DNA of 64,000 bases from Candidatus Magasanikiibacteriota bacterium (GCA_041666265.1 JBAYHH010000002.1:9096-73095); one strand, 5' to 3'. Positions 41,901 through 53,070 are shown, counted from the stretch's first letter. Numbers and translations: made by a program. The notes: generated from the letters alone by a model not told the origin.

Positions 41901-44885
41901 GGCAGACAAATACAAAGTATAATTACCGGAAGAATCAGTTTCAGCGCCGTTACCTCCATTGGTGCCATTGATACCGCGCGCGCCAATTTTTACGCCGGCC
42001 AAACCTGATCCACCCACAGTCACCTGGCCGGTCACAGTGCGTAAATTACCGGTATTAACTGTGAATGTTAAAGAAGGATTTGATCCATTGGCGACCGCCA
42101 CCCCGGCTTGAGCGGTAAGCGAACCAAACCCGGGAGCGAAACCCTCAACGCGATATGTGCCAATTGGAACATACAAAGTAGTAGTGCCGGCCGAACCGGT
42201 CATACCCTGCCCAAAACCACCATTTCCGTTGGCAAAAATACTAGCATTGCGGATTGCGTTGCCACTACTATCCTGCACCGTGACATTAATATAATTTTCC
42301 GCGCCACTTAAATAAATTGTTTTAGTGGTCGTATTACTGGAAATAGCCACTGGAAATTCAGCCGGTTGACCGGCGCCCGGTCGGCTAACAGAAATGGAGA
42401 TGGCGCCAGCCGGAACTTTAAATTGATAGTTATTACCGCTATTGGGTTGGCAAATAGTATCTTGCGCCCCCATAAACATACCTCCGCCACTGCGTTTCAC
42501 GCCAACACAGGCATTGGTAACCGGGGTTGAACCGCCGGCATACAACAATGAGATTGTCAGCGTCTTGTCGGCCGCGACATAGGCATAATCACCCAAATCC
42601 ACCGTGCCTGAAACTGCGATATAAGCCGAACTGATCGCCGGCGGCCAATATTTGGTGGTGCCGGAAGAAAAGTTGGTATTGGTGCCGTTGCTTTCTCCGC
42701 CCATTACATTGAAACTCCAGCTCTCGCCACTCTTCACCTTCACGCGAGCATAACCATTGCCGTCAGCATCAAACCCGGGCGTACTGCCGCCAGCTGTGGT
42801 ATACACCGGCGCAAACGACTGGTAATTAGCGCTTGTTCCCAGGACATAAGCATTTTGTCCTATTACGCCATTCGTCATGTGGATGGTGGTGGTAGCATCG
42901 GGAATTCCAAAATAAATAGTGGTGGTAACAGTAGTTCCGGCCGCGCTCAATAAAGATAGGTTGCGCATACCGGGAGTCAACGCGTAATCATAGACAGTGG
43001 CGCTACTTTTATTCAACAACTCCGCGCCCACCATATAAGTTCCATCGAGCAAACCGACATATTGGGCGGATGAATTAGTGTCTAATCGTCGCGAACCGAT
43101 AAAGTATCCCTTATCCGGGTTGCCAAGCGCCACTTTCATAAAAGCACTTTCTTCGGTGGTAAGATTTCTGGTGGTGGTAGCGGTATTCATCCTTACCAAC
43201 ACATTCAATGTGTGTTTACCGCCAATGGTTACCGATGATGGCGGTGGCGGTCCCATTTCACCGCCAAAATCACTACCCTCATTACCATACAAAGAACCAT
43301 CAAGCAAACCATTGTTGGACTTAGCGGTAAATTGCGCGAAACGATTGCCCGGACCGGCGCTATCACTGCCATAAACATCGGCAGTTGTCGGGTTGGTCAC
43401 TCCATAGATAGTTACACTTAAAGGATCGCCGGCAACGGTCGCTGTACTGGATACGGTCAAAGACAGGCGGCGCGCGCTATCACTCGTGGTCGAAGTGGCC
43501 ATCGCGCCAATAGTCGAAGTGGATGTTTCGCCCAAACTGATATATTGAGTGGTGCTAATAGATATGCCGCCAAGCAGGCTCGCGTAAGAAGATGGAAAAT
43601 CTATCACAATTTTCCCACCCACCGGCACACTGGATGTGGGGGTAAATCTAAAAGTATAATTGGCCGCGGTACCGGTAGTGTAATTTGATAAAAATATTCC
43701 CGTGTTGGCATCAACGATGAAATTCCCGCCGGCCCGAGTAACGCTGGAAGTGCTGGTTTGATTATATTTTTCTGTTTCCAAAGTGCCATGTCCGGGCTGG
43801 CCATTCGCCAATGTCCCGGCTTTGGCGGTCCAAGTCAGGCTCGACATGCTGGATCGTTCGCCCAATGGATTGGAAATCCCGCCCAAAGTAATGCCAAATT
43901 GAGTGCCGTTGGCTACAGTGGTAGTGCCAACATATCCAAAGACGGTCAAAGGGCCACCCGAAGAAACACCGGCAGTATCAGCGACTGACTCGGCAGAAAA
44001 GACGGTGGTGGTTGAATTGCGTTCAATTTGCGCCGCATCGATCAAAACAGTGGAGCTCGCGCCGGACACTACCCACATTACTATCAAATTATCTCCGGTA
44101 GTATTTAATTGAGGTACTGAATAAGCATAACGACTCCAACCATTCTCTGTGGCTACCGGAGTCAAAGTTTTGCTAATATCCGTATAATCACCACTACTAC
44201 CCCAAAAAGCTTCCGGAGTGGTGGTATTAAAATTAAAAAACTGTCCACCACCGCCACCTGACTTAATAAGCAAACCGGTGGACGGACTGCCGGTTACCAC
44301 CTTCATATATATTGACACAGTAAAGGTAGTATTGGTAGCGCCGGTTAGAATGGCTGTATTAACATTTGAAACCCAAAGACTATCCGCGCCCATCATTTCT
44401 AATCGCAATGATTTAGCGCCATGAACATATTCAGAGGTGCTGGCGGTCATCACAGCATCCGTCAGTGGCGCGCCACCCGCACCGGAAAAACTCCATGGAG
44501 ATGACGGAGTATTGGCGTCATCCCAAGTTTCAAAACTGGGATTGGACATCAAATTGGCTGAACTGGCGCCCAAAGCGCTGTATAGCTGAATTCCGCTGGT
44601 AGCCGTAGTGGTCACACCGGTCAAAACAAATGGCGACCCCGAGAAACCGGTGGGAAAAATGAACTGAACCACATCGCCGCGCGCCAAATCTTCGGTGGTA
44701 GTCATGGTAAACGACCAATTGGCGCTGGTGGCGGCAATTAGATTGTCAGTATTGTTTGCTTGCGGAGCCAGTGTAAAATTGGCTCCCACGCTGGCCAATA
44801 CAGTTTGGCCGAACAAAAACGCGCCCACGCCCATACCGATAATCAGTAACAACAAAAACGCAAGCACAATATTTCGTCTTGTCAT
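38946..44885 (-). CDS. Large (1979 aa) Ser/Thr/Gly-rich surface protein: CBM-like, carboxypeptidase-regulatory-like repeats, two FN3, duplicated C-terminal Ig-like domain
   Basis: N-terminal signal anchor; TDxxGNYTL repeats; LSW...YxYKVxAxNxxGEG FN3 motifs; two LPAGDYxV C-terminal repeats. Confidence 0.85.
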   Translation of the reverse strand: MTRRNIVLAFLLLLIIGMGVGAFLFGQTVLASVGANFTLAPQANNTDNLIAATSANWSFTMTTTEDLARGDVVQFIFPTGFSGSPFVLTGVTTTATSGIQLYSALGASSANLMSNPSFETWDDANTPSSPWSFSGAGGAPLTDAVMTASTSEYVHGAKSLRLEMMGADSLWVSNVNTAILTGATNTTFTVSIYMKVVTGSPSTGLLIKSGGGGGQFFNFNTTTPEAFWGSSGDYTDISKTLTPVATENGWSRYAYSVPQLNTTGDNLIVMWVVSGASSTVLIDAAQIERNSTTTVFSAESVADTAGVSSGGPLTVFGYVGTTTVANGTQFGITLGGISNPLGERSSMSSLTWTAKAGTLANGQPGHGTLETEKYNQTSTSSVTRAGGNFIVDANTGIFLSNYTTGTAANYTFRFTPTSSVPVGGKIVIDFPSSYASLLGGISISTTQYISLGETSTSTIGAMATSTTSDSARRLSLTVSSTATVAGDPLSVTIYGVTNPTTADVYGSDSAGPGNRFAQFTAKSNNGLLDGSLYGNEGSDFGGEMGPPPPSSVTIGGKHTLNVLVRMNTATTTRNLTTEESAFMKVALGNPDKGYFIGSRRLDTNSSAQYVGLLDGTYMVGAELLNKSSATVYDYALTPGMRNLSLLSAAGTTVTTTIYFGIPDATTTIHMTNGVIGQNAYVLGTSANYQSFAPVYTTAGGSTPGFDADGNGYARVKVKSGESWSFNVMGGESNGTNTNFSSGTTKYWPPAISSAYIAVSGTVDLGDYAYVAADKTLTISLLYAGGSTPVTNACVGVKRSGGGMFMGAQDTICQPNSGNNYQFKVPAGAISISVSRPGAGQPAEFPVAISSNTTTKTIYLSGAENYINVTVQDSSGNAIRNASIFANGNGGFGQGMTGSAGTTTLYVPIGTYRVEGFAPGFGSLTAQAGVAVANGSNPSLTFTVNTGNLRTVTGQVTVGGSGLAGVKIGARGINGTNGGNGAETDSSGNYTLYLSAGTYEVGGWSPDTGGLSPQSIDVTAGNATGKNWVFSGGFGTVRINIDNSSNLSQLFAGVFNTSTGHGNGTDSWTASGTSKYANIRVPAGIYVVNAGSPVTGPIIESEVVTVVADETVVVSGNAQASVELITISGTVSLSAVGVQNINVWASRLGSPRFFSALTDASGNYTLHIPANGTYRLGVKTPVYIASEGDVNVTVAAVSSTGNNFTLVTTASSISGQITSGGSAVSNAWVSAKKSVGEVWSGAPTDDNGNYTLNVDNGTWTVYAEGPGYERSSGTSTVVADSATVNIALTARSGWSAPAPTMQSITDTSGGQISNANTTLDLPANALGANSSIVTVSMVSTTPRNAPNATALKNSTVSIAAQHSSGQAVSSLSSNATLSITLNADDLTELKVPESSLQFAYFDETSGQWEPMAATIDTVNHKVTVQTDHFTDFAPVIGGPDAPSGLTLATTTPGQINLSWSAPIATVTYYAVYATTTDISAFPTSTLLATTTVASYNHTGLTGGATWYYKVAGINDVGEGPNSDRATASAVSLGVPSGLSATAASASTMSLSWTAVSGATSYNVYRNTDSYTTAIGSPSTNSYSDSGLTAATSYSYKVSAVNSNGEGSKSDAVSATTNSSSSGSSGGGSITTSIAPVLGNIPASINGPTTVSTREINLNLSATGADYVAISENASFVGSAWLTYGANKNFVLSESSGVKKIYVKFRSATGGETAVQSVTVTYNAPNAPAVSSSSGSTEPAVSTVALNPDSNIAIGYLNSNSFQPGAAFKLTYTYTNTTGKVAKVKVVRQLVNSKNKVVKSAVANKSLKKGEAFTGKINEAVPSNLPAGDYTVKITIYDAKNKAIDQNSFSITVEKKKNKYFSLGEMTGATDIAFDAGVWAKIKTNVKMPASFKVKYSYINSTDAKHTVKMVRELIGPSGKAVQTKTGKWVMNAGEVDSLTFSQSLSASLPAGDYAVRIRAYDWTTKELLAENSFGFSVELK

Positions 44886-45090
44886 ATTTTTATATTAAAA
44901 ATAAAATAAAAAATTTTCATTTACATTATTATATCATATTTTTATAAATAATAAAAACCACTACCCGCAAGCTGTGGATAACTTTTTATAAATATTTTGA
45001 AGACAATACAAAAAACGACTTAACAGTCGCCTTTTGTGTTTAATCCGATCAAATTACCGGATCACCTTAGTTTGGTATTTAATGATATTT

Positions 45091-45954
45091 TTACTTCATC
45101 TGCTCCGCCACCTCGGCCGCAAAATCGCAAGCTTTTTTCTCGATCCCCTCGCCGAGCTCATAGCGAAAAAATTGTTTCACCGCGATGCCGGCACCTTTGG
45201 ACTCAAGAAACTTGGCAATAGTTTTGTCTTCGTCTTTCACAAACGCTTGATCCACGAGACATACTTCGCTGTAAAATTTCTCCATCTTGCCTTTGAGAAT
45301 TCCTTCAATAATATTTTGCGGCTTATTTTGCGCCTTTAATTGCTCGGTAGCAATTTCTTTTTCTTTCTCCAATACTTCGGCCGGCACTTCACCGCGGTTG
45401 AGATATTTGGGAAAAGCAGCGGCGGCATGCATCGAAACTTCGCGCGCGAGCGCGCTGTCGGTCGTGCCGGTCAATACGGTCAGCACAGAAATTTTGCCAC
45501 CCATGTGCAGATAATCGCCAAAGGCTTCATTGTCGGACTTCTCCACCACCGCAAAGCGACGCAAAGAAATTTTTTCACCGATCTTGCCGACTACGGTCGC
45601 GATTTTGTCGGAGAGTCCACCGCTAAGGGCGCTATCCAAATCAACCGGTTTTTTAGTAATCAAATCCGCGATGATTTCATCCGTCAATTTTTTGAAATCA
45701 TCACTACCGGCGGCAAAATCCGTTTCCGAGTTGATCTCGGCGACGACGGCGGTATTGCCCGCGACTTTGACGACAGTCGCGCCTTCGGCCGCGATTTTAT
45801 CCGCGCGCTTGGCGGCTTTGACCACGCCTTTTTTACGCAAAACTTCGCCGGCTTTTTCCATGTCTCCTTGGGCCTCCTCGAGGGCCGCCTTGCAGTCCAT
45901 CATACCCGCGCCGGTCTGGGCGCGCAATTTTGAAATGTCGGAAGCGGTAATCAT
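45091..45954 (-). CDS. tsf: Elongation factor Ts
   Basis: LRAQTGAGMMDCK, EINSETDF, RYELGEGIEK. Confidence 0.98.
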   Translation of the reverse strand: MITASDISKLRAQTGAGMMDCKAALEEAQGDMEKAGEVLRKKGVVKAAKRADKIAAEGATVVKVAGNTAVVAEINSETDFAAGSDDFKKLTDEIIADLITKKPVDLDSALSGGLSDKIATVVGKIGEKISLRRFAVVEKSDNEAFGDYLHMGGKISVLTVLTGTTDSALAREVSMHAAAAFPKYLNRGEVPAEVLEKEKEIATEQLKAQNKPQNIIEGILKGKMEKFYSEVCLVDQAFVKDEDKTIAKFLESKGAGIAVKQFFRYELGEGIEKKACDFAAEVAEQMK

Positions 45955-45958
45955 ATGA

Positions 45959-46080
45959 AAATATTTAATTTCGAATTTTGAATTTCGAACTATATTTAAT
46001 TGTTAATTTTGCGATTTTGGAATTTATTATTTGAGATTTGTTATTTATTTGGAATTTGTAATTTTATATTTGAGATTTAT
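45959..46080. repeat. AT-rich 7-bp-period repeat between rpsB and tsf
   Basis: AATTTCG/AATTTTG/GATTTGT-type units. Confidence 0.65.
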
Positions 46081-46082
46081 CG

Positions 46083-46886
46083 CTATACGCTCTCCGCGAT
46101 GGTCGCGGCGCGATGAATCGCTTTTTCCACCTTGGCTTTTACCGGCGCGGCTTTTTCTTCTTTGGCGCGATCGGCGATTTGTTTGGCCTTGGCTTTTTCC
46201 CATTCGGCTTTGCCTTCAGTGACAGCTTCGGCGACGAGATCAGCCATCATTTTGATGGCATTCACCGCGTCATCATTGGCCGGGATAATATAGGTGGCAT
46301 CGAGCGGATTGACATTGCTGTCGCAAACACCGACCACCGGTATTCCGGTGCGATTGGCTTCGGCCAAAGCGGTTTTCTCGGTGCGCATATCAGAGATGTA
46401 TAGGGCATCAGGCATTTTTTCGAGGCTGGCGATACCGAGCAAATAGCGATCCATCTTGTCCAAATCTTTTTGTTTGCGCACCTGTTCTTTTTTGGTATAG
46501 CGTTCGATTTCGCGCGTAGCAAATTGATCTTTGAGCAAGCGATATTTTTTCAAACGAGTCTTAACTTCGGCAAAATTAGTAAGTAGCCCGCCGATCCAGC
46601 GCTCGGAAATATACGGCATACCACAGCTATCGGCCGCGGTCTGGATCAAACCTTTGGTCTGTTTTTTTGTTCCGACAAATAAAATAACCTTGCCCTCGGC
46701 GGTAAGGTTTTTGATGTATTCCAAACTTTTTTGGAGCTCTTCTTGGGTCTTCTCCAAATTGATTACATGCACGCCATTGCGATTGCCAAAGAGGTATTGC
46801 TCCATCTTCGGGTGCCAGCGCGACTTTTGATGGCCGAAATGCGCTCCGGCCGAAAGCATCTCCAACAATGTGGGGATTTTTACCAT
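46083..46886 (-). CDS. rpsB: 30S ribosomal protein S2
   Basis: AGAHFGH, ERWIGGLLTN, IPANDDA; start MVKIP at 46886, downstream of TTGACA-18-TATAAT (47006-46977). Confidence 0.98.
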   Translation of the reverse strand: MVKIPTLLEMLSAGAHFGHQKSRWHPKMEQYLFGNRNGVHVINLEKTQEELQKSLEYIKNLTAEGKVILFVGTKKQTKGLIQTAADSCGMPYISERWIGGLLTNFAEVKTRLKKYRLLKDQFATREIERYTKKEQVRKQKDLDKMDRYLLGIASLEKMPDALYISDMRTEKTALAEANRTGIPVVGVCDSNVNPLDATYIIPANDDAVNAIKMMADLVAEAVTEGKAEWEKAKAKQIADRAKEEKAAPVKAKVEKAIHRAATIAESV

Positions 46887-47072
46887 ATTTTTTCCTTTTA
46901 GCCTCCCCGTCCAACCCGCGGGAATGGCCCGGAGAGGAAAAATAGTGACGGGTGAGAGATAAATAATCGTGGGGTGATTATACCCCAAATGAGCGATTTT
47001 TGTCAAGTGTGGCGGGTATTTGGAAATAAAAAAGCACCTCGAGGGAGAGGTGCGAGAGAAAGGACTGGACGA

Positions 47073-47468
47073 CTATTTGCCCTCGGCGAGGAGGCGGAGA
47101 GCCTCTTGAAGGCAAACAATCGGGACGGGGCTCGGAAGCCGAAATACCCCGTTTTGAACATTTTGTGGCCACATCGCGCTCCGATTTGGCACAAAATTCT
47201 TTTCCGGGGGGTGTTTATCCTCCGGTTCAAAAAAAACCGCTTTGGCGCCAGGAAACACCGTGCGAACCGTTTGGTGAACCTCGTCGCCAAATTCAGTCGA
47301 GGTAACCACCGCATGGAGTGAGCCAACCACCCCATTGGCTAGCACATTGTTGAGATGATCAAGGTCGCACTCCACCACTTGCCACCCCATTGTTCTGATC
47401 AAGTAAGCGAGATTGGCTCGCTTCCCCTGCTGTCGAAAAACCACCAGCACACTTTTTCCTTCGACCAT
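47073..47468 (-). CDS. Hypothetical protein, possibly a degenerate receiver-like alpha/beta fold
   Basis: GGAGG RBS upstream and terminator-like hairpin downstream; fold is a guess from the hydrophobic pattern. Confidence 0.5.
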   Translation of the reverse strand: MVEGKSVLVVFRQQGKRANLAYLIRTMGWQVVECDLDHLNNVLANGVVGSLHAVVTSTEFGDEVHQTVRTVFPGAKAVFFEPEDKHPPEKNFVPNRSAMWPQNVQNGVFRLPSPVPIVCLQEALRLLAEGK

Positions 47469-47587
47469 CCCTGATACCTCCCCAGGTATGATTTTTCGAT
47501 TCCGCCACCATTCTATGCTATTTTGCTCATTTTGTCAAGATTTGGCCATCTGTGGTATTATAATAGTTGTTATTTATTCCAAATTTT

Positions 47588-49612
47588 ATGCCTAAATTCC
47601 AAACCATCATCGCGTCGATCGCGCTATCGCTAATTATTTTATCATCGCCGGCGCTGGCCCAAGTGACGACTCGATCAAACGAAGGGATCAAATTCGACAA
47701 CTACGCCGCGCGCGGATATTTTTATGAAAATATCAAAACCGACATAGCGGTCAATACCGACACCTCGTTTGATGTCAGTGAAACCCAGACATACTCCTTT
47801 ACCGGCGAGTATCATCAAGGGTGGCGCACGATACCTCTCAATAAAATCGACTCGGTGACCGACATCACCGTGATCGATACCGCCACCGGTCGCCCCCTCG
47901 CCTACTCTGCGAGTCGTCTCGACAAAACCAATTCCGCGAGCTGGGGGCGATACACTTTTTTCAAACAAGACGGCGCGGTGAATATCGAATGGTATTTCAA
48001 TGCTAAAAATGAAAACAAATCATGGATCTTGAAATACCGCGTGCATGGCGGACTAACATTTAACCAAAACAATGACCAACTATATTGGAATATTTTTACT
48101 GATTATTCCGTGCCGGTAAAAAACGCCACAGTAAATATCGCCCTTCCGCAAAAATTCCCATCCGTAAATTATTTTTCTTATCGTGGGCGCTATTCGACCC
48201 GTGATGAAGGCGCAACCAAAAAATACGACCCCGCAGTGGGAGTAGTTTCATTTTCTGCGAGCACCTTCGCCGAGCAAGAAAGCTTCACCGTGGACATCGA
48301 CTGGCCGCGCGGAGCGATTGATCGCAGCGCCTATCTATTGGATTTTGCCCAAACATATTATGGATATATCGGCGGAGCGCTGATAATATTGTTCGCGTTT
48401 TTATTCGCGTTATTTTATTGGTTGCGCACCGAGGTTTGGGTCAAAGGGCGAGGCGTGATTATCCCCCAATACGAACCACCCAAAAATCTTCCACCCGCGA
48501 TCATGCAGGTCGTCCTTAAAGAATCCACTGACACCCGCGCTCTCCCCGCCACCATCATCGATCTCGCGGTGCGGGGATATGTATCGATCGAACAAAAAAA
48601 CGCGCCCGGATGGTTGGATAAAATTAACAACGACCACCCGATCATAAAAATAATCGGACGAATTTTGCTGGCGCTCGCTCTCGCCTATTTCTTGGTCGCA
48701 GCGGTGATGATCAATACCGAAGGATCGTTCAACCGAATGCCTTTGCCGGCTATCTTGTATTTACTTTTCATCTTTTTTATATTCTATGGACTAACCAAAA
48801 AATTTTCTTGGGGTGTCAAAGATTTTGAAGTTAAAAAAATAAAAGAGTTTGCCGGCGACGACAATTTGACCGAATACGAAAGATTGTTTTTATCCGCTCT
48901 TTTTTCATTTAAAGACACTTTTTCCACCAAAGAAGCCGCGCGTGCCGGCAACACCCAAAAGCAAATGCTTTATCAAAAAATTAAAAAAGTTGACGAACAG
49001 ATTCTCAAAGACACTGAATTGAAAACCGGCGCTTTCGCTAAACCGGTATCCAAAGAAAAATATAAATTCATCATCATATTCGGTGTGGTATTTTTGTCAG
49101 TATTTTTTATTCGTTCACTCCAAACATTACCTCAATGGGGTTATTTGGTTTGCGCCATCATTGTTTCCCTGGTCGCGCTTGGTACGCAAATCCGTTTTGA
49201 AGCCGCGCTCAATCAAACCGGCCATGAACTCAAAGAAGAAATACTCGGATTTAAGATGTTTCTTTATACCGCCGAACGCTATCGCCTGCAAAATTTGACG
49301 CCCGACATGTTTCAAAAATTTTTGCCCTACGCGATGGTGTTTGGCATTGAAAAAAAATGGGCCAAACCGTTTGCGAGCATGCAGATGCCACCGCCAAACT
49401 GGTATCATGCCGGATTTGTGGCCGGACACATGGGGTCGAATAGCTCAATGTCTGGGATGACTTCTGGTTTTTCCGCCACAGCCTTTAGCGCGTCGTTCGC
49501 TTCGTCGTTTAGCAGTGCTTTTGCGTCCTCGGGCGCGGGCGGATCGTCGGGCGGAGCCGGCGGGGGCAGCTCGGGTGGCGGTGGAGGCGGTGGTGGGGGC
49601 GGAGCGAGCTAA
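47588..49612 (+). CDS. DUF2207 family membrane protein
   Basis: QLYWNI, ATIIDLAVRGY, LPYAMVFG, Gly/Ser tail GGGGGGGGGAS. Confidence 0.9.
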   Translation: MPKFQTIIASIALSLIILSSPALAQVTTRSNEGIKFDNYAARGYFYENIKTDIAVNTDTSFDVSETQTYSFTGEYHQGWRTIPLNKIDSVTDITVIDTATGRPLAYSASRLDKTNSASWGRYTFFKQDGAVNIEWYFNAKNENKSWILKYRVHGGLTFNQNNDQLYWNIFTDYSVPVKNATVNIALPQKFPSVNYFSYRGRYSTRDEGATKKYDPAVGVVSFSASTFAEQESFTVDIDWPRGAIDRSAYLLDFAQTYYGYIGGALIILFAFLFALFYWLRTEVWVKGRGVIIPQYEPPKNLPPAIMQVVLKESTDTRALPATIIDLAVRGYVSIEQKNAPGWLDKINNDHPIIKIIGRILLALALAYFLVAAVMINTEGSFNRMPLPAILYLLFIFFIFYGLTKKFSWGVKDFEVKKIKEFAGDDNLTEYERLFLSALFSFKDTFSTKEAARAGNTQKQMLYQKIKKVDEQILKDTELKTGAFAKPVSKEKYKFIIIFGVVFLSVFFIRSLQTLPQWGYLVCAIIVSLVALGTQIRFEAALNQTGHELKEEILGFKMFLYTAERYRLQNLTPDMFQKFLPYAMVFGIEKKWAKPFASMQMPPPNWYHAGFVAGHMGSNSSMSGMTSGFSATAFSASFASSFSSAFASSGAGGSSGGAGGGSSGGGGGGGGGGAS

Positions 49613-49680
49613 CTATTGACAATTTGCAAGACCCGTGATAATATTAGCCCACATTATTAATCGCTTCAAACTAAATTTGT

Positions 49681-49974
49681 ATGAAAGACAAAATTCATCC
49701 CGAATACCACAATTGCCAGGTGACCTGCGCCTGTGGAAACACCTTTACCACCGGATCGACCATGAAAGAAATCCGCGTGGAAATGTGTAATGTTTGCCAT
49801 CCGTTTTATACCGGCAAACAAAGATTTGTCGATACTGCTCGCCGTGTTGAAAAATTCGCCGAACGCGTTGGCAAAAAAGATGCCGCCGCCGCGACCCGCA
49901 AAGGCAAAAAAGTGAAAAAGGCCGCCGCGACCGCAAAAAAAGCCGCCAAGAAAGCGACCAAGACCGAGGCTTAG
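49681..49974 (+). CDS. rpmE: 50S ribosomal protein L31 (Zn-binding type)
   Basis: [25 protein letters not shown]. Confidence 0.98.
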   Translation: MKDKIHPEYHNCQVTCACGNTFTTGSTMKEIRVEMCNVCHPFYTGKQRFVDTARRVEKFAERVGKKDAAAATRKGKKVKKAAATAKKAAKKATKTEA

Positions 49975-50039
49975 CAAAAACATTGAAAAACAGACGGGTA
50001 TTTCATACTGTCTGTTTTTTTGTTATAATACCGTATATT

Positions 50040-50150
50040 GAAAATATCAAATTTTAAATTACAAATAAATCCCAAATTTAAAAACTCAAAGCGATTGGAA
50101 TTTGTTATTTGAAATTTATTTGTGACTTGAAATTTTGAATTTGTAATTTC
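50040..50150. repeat. AT-rich 7-bp-period inverted repeat upstream of prfA
   Basis: AAATTAC/AAATCCC arm, GCGA centre, GAATTTG/GAAATTT arm. Confidence 0.7.
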
Positions 50151-50157
50151 GCCTATT

Positions 50158-51207
50158 ATGCTCCAAAAATATTTAGACCTAAAAAATAAATTTCTCGCGC
50201 TCGAAGCGGACCTCCAATCCCCCGCTATTATTAACGACCAAAAAAAACTAAAAGAAGCATCGCAGGAATACACGGATTTAAAACCGGTATGCGATAAAAT
50301 TCTCGCGCTCGACGGTTTTGAAAAAAGCCTAGCCGAAACCAGAGCAATTTTGACATCGGAGACGGACGCGGAAATGCGCGAACTGGCCGCGACCGAGGTG
50401 CCAGATCTCGAAGATCGCGTCGCTAAGCTGGAAAAAGAACTGCGCGACCTCACTCGCCCCCATGACCCCTTGGACAAAAAAAATATCATCATGGAAATCC
50501 GCGCCGGCGTAGGGGGAGATGAGTCGGCGTTATTTGCCGCCGAGCTGTTTCGCATGTATTCCAAATACTGCGAGGGACGCGGGTGGAAAGTGGAATTATT
50601 CGATACCAATCGCATCGGCATCGGCGGATACAAAGAAGTTATTTTTGGTGTCAAAGGACGCCATGTGTATAAAGATCTGAAATATGAAATGGGCGTGCAC
50701 CGCGTCCAACGCGTGCCGGACACCGAAAAATCCGGTCGCATTCACACCTCGACCGTCACGGTAGCGGTCATGCCCGAGATCGAAGAAACCGAATTCAAAA
50801 TCAATCCGGCGGATTTGCGTATCGACACTTTTTGCGCCGGCGGTCATGGCGGTCAAAGCGTCAATACCACTTATAGCGCCGTGCGCATCATCCATGTCCC
50901 CACCGGCACGATCGTGCAGTGCCAAGACGAACGCTCGCAAACCGCCAACCGCGAAAAAGCGATGGCCGTATTGCGTTCGCGCCTTTACGAAGTGGAACGC
51001 GAAAAAAAAGAAAAAGAATTATCTGAAAAAAGAAAAAACCAAATCGGCACCGGCGATCGCAGTGAAAAAATCCGCACTTACAATTTTCCTCAAGATCGCA
51101 TCACCGATCACCGCATCAAAGCCAACTGGAATAATATCGGGGCGATCCTCGACGGCGATTTCGCGCCGATCGTCTCGGCCCTGCGCGCGGCCGAGGAGGC
51201 GGAGTAA
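50158..51207 (+). CDS. prfA: Peptide chain release factor 1
   Basis: [10 protein letters not shown] (PxT), [13 protein letters not shown]. Confidence 0.98.
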   Translation: MLQKYLDLKNKFLALEADLQSPAIINDQKKLKEASQEYTDLKPVCDKILALDGFEKSLAETRAILTSETDAEMRELAATEVPDLEDRVAKLEKELRDLTRPHDPLDKKNIIMEIRAGVGGDESALFAAELFRMYSKYCEGRGWKVELFDTNRIGIGGYKEVIFGVKGRHVYKDLKYEMGVHRVQRVPDTEKSGRIHTSTVTVAVMPEIEETEFKINPADLRIDTFCAGGHGGQSVNTTYSAVRIIHVPTGTIVQCQDERSQTANREKAMAVLRSRLYEVEREKKEKELSEKRKNQIGTGDRSEKIRTYNFPQDRITDHRIKANWNNIGAILDGDFAPIVSALRAAEEAE

Positions 51208-51259
51208 AATAGAGACATTCTGAAACAACTGTCCAACTTTTGGTTTTGCTCAAAAATAT

Positions 51260-53070
51260 ATGTTCAATAAAATACAAAAAATGCCAGCACTGATTACTGT
51301 TGGTATTTTTATTTTATTCGACCTAATTATACGCCGACTATTCCCTTCGGCTCCCATCTCAAATTTTACTTGGTATGGAGTAAATATTTTTTTTAGTTTG
51401 ATATTCTGGTTCTGGATTCACATGATTTTCAATCTAACTAATTGCATGGCACTGCGAAAAATATTTGCCGGTATCATTGCCATCACCGCATCACTTATCA
51501 TTGGCATTAACTTAAAGATCTATCAATATTTTGGCAATTATATTAATTCTGATATTACTAATTTTTTAAGGCATAATCGCTTCTATATCATCGACTGCTT
51601 CAGATCATTTGTTTGGCTAAAGCCACAAAACTTAATTCCTGTGGCAGTGTTAATCGTGTTATTTTATTTGATCTGGCGGCCACCACTGTTAAGTACTTTT
51701 AACAATCACCGTCTTTACATATTTACCATTCCTTTATTACTCGGTTTAATTATGGCATTATCCGCAACCTCGCAATCAATTAATAATACCACCCTCGATG
51801 TGGCAACCATAAAAGCAACTATTATCAGACCGTTTATCAAAAATAAAGGACTGCACCAATCTGCCATGCGCTTCCGAATCAATCCGATCGCTCCGAAAAA
51901 TGACTATAACATCTTGTTAATTATTAATGAATCTTTGGGAAAAAGCAATCTATCATGTTACGGATATTCGATTGCTACCACGCCTTGGCTATCAGAATGG
52001 GTGAATAAAGAAAAAAATTTGTATTTATTTCAAAAAGCATTTACCAACTCCACAGCCACCGATGTTAGTATGCCTTCAATTTTTACGGGCGTTGGCCCGG
52101 AAGAAGGCAGTAATAAACTACACCGCCTGCCGCTGTTGTGGGATTGGGCGAAAGCCGCCGGTTATGAAACCGCCTACCTGACATCTCAAAAAATTGCTTG
52201 GGCGAATTTGGATCAATTCATCATTACCCCGTCTTTAGATTATCTTTTCTCGCCCGAAAATAGTCGCGCGCCCATTATTAATGATACCGGCATCGACGAT
52301 CGTATCACTATAAAAAATTTTGATAATTTTTTAAATAATTTTAAAAAAAATAAATTCTTGGCGGTAATTAACACCAACGCGCTGCACGCGCCCTACCAAC
52401 AAACAAGCGACTTCGTCAACCCCCCCCAGACTTCAACTCACGCTATGATAACGCTCTATTCTTATTGGATAAAACATTAAACCAAACCATCGATATTCTT
52501 AAAAAGAATGGCCGATACGATAATACGATTATTATTATCACTGCCGATCATGCGGATATGGAAAAACGATCCCATATTCCCGGCCGTTTAGCTTCATTTT
52601 ATAATGAAATGACAGCCATACCGCTAATCATCAAATTCCCAACTAATTTTTTTAATGATTATCCGAATAAAATGAAAACTGTAGCGACGAATACTACCGT
52701 CAATGTTGCCAATATCGATCTTTCCCCTACTATTTTAGAAATAATGGGCGTGGGCGCTGAAAATCAATCCATCACCAATCTATTACGCGGCCAAAGCCTG
52801 TTCACGCCCATTGCGCCCGATCGGCCCATGATTACCCTTAACACGAATGATTGGCGATCATGGTCGCAAGACGGCTTTGGGATTACCATTGATAATTTGG
52901 CTTATGTTTTTTCTAATATTGAGGGATTGCGATGCTTCGACCATCTTCGTGACCCCGGAGAAAAAAATAGCATTTGCGCGAATTTTGCTATAATTGATAA
53001 ACAAAAATTTAACCAAATTATCAACAGCAATCATTTCTTAAAAAATATTTATGCCTACGAAGCACCTTAA
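51260..53070 (+). pseudogene. Membrane sulfatase-fold transferase (EptA/LTA-synthase-like), frameshifted at a C8 tract (52420-52427)
   Basis: N-terminal TMs, LLIINESL, STATDVSMPS, HAPY in ORF1; SRYDNALFLLDK and TADH in the shifted frame directly after the C run. Confidence 0.8.

Noticed and set aside
49530-49610. G-rich low-complexity tract
   Set aside because: It encodes the normal Gly/Ser tail of DUF2207 proteins.
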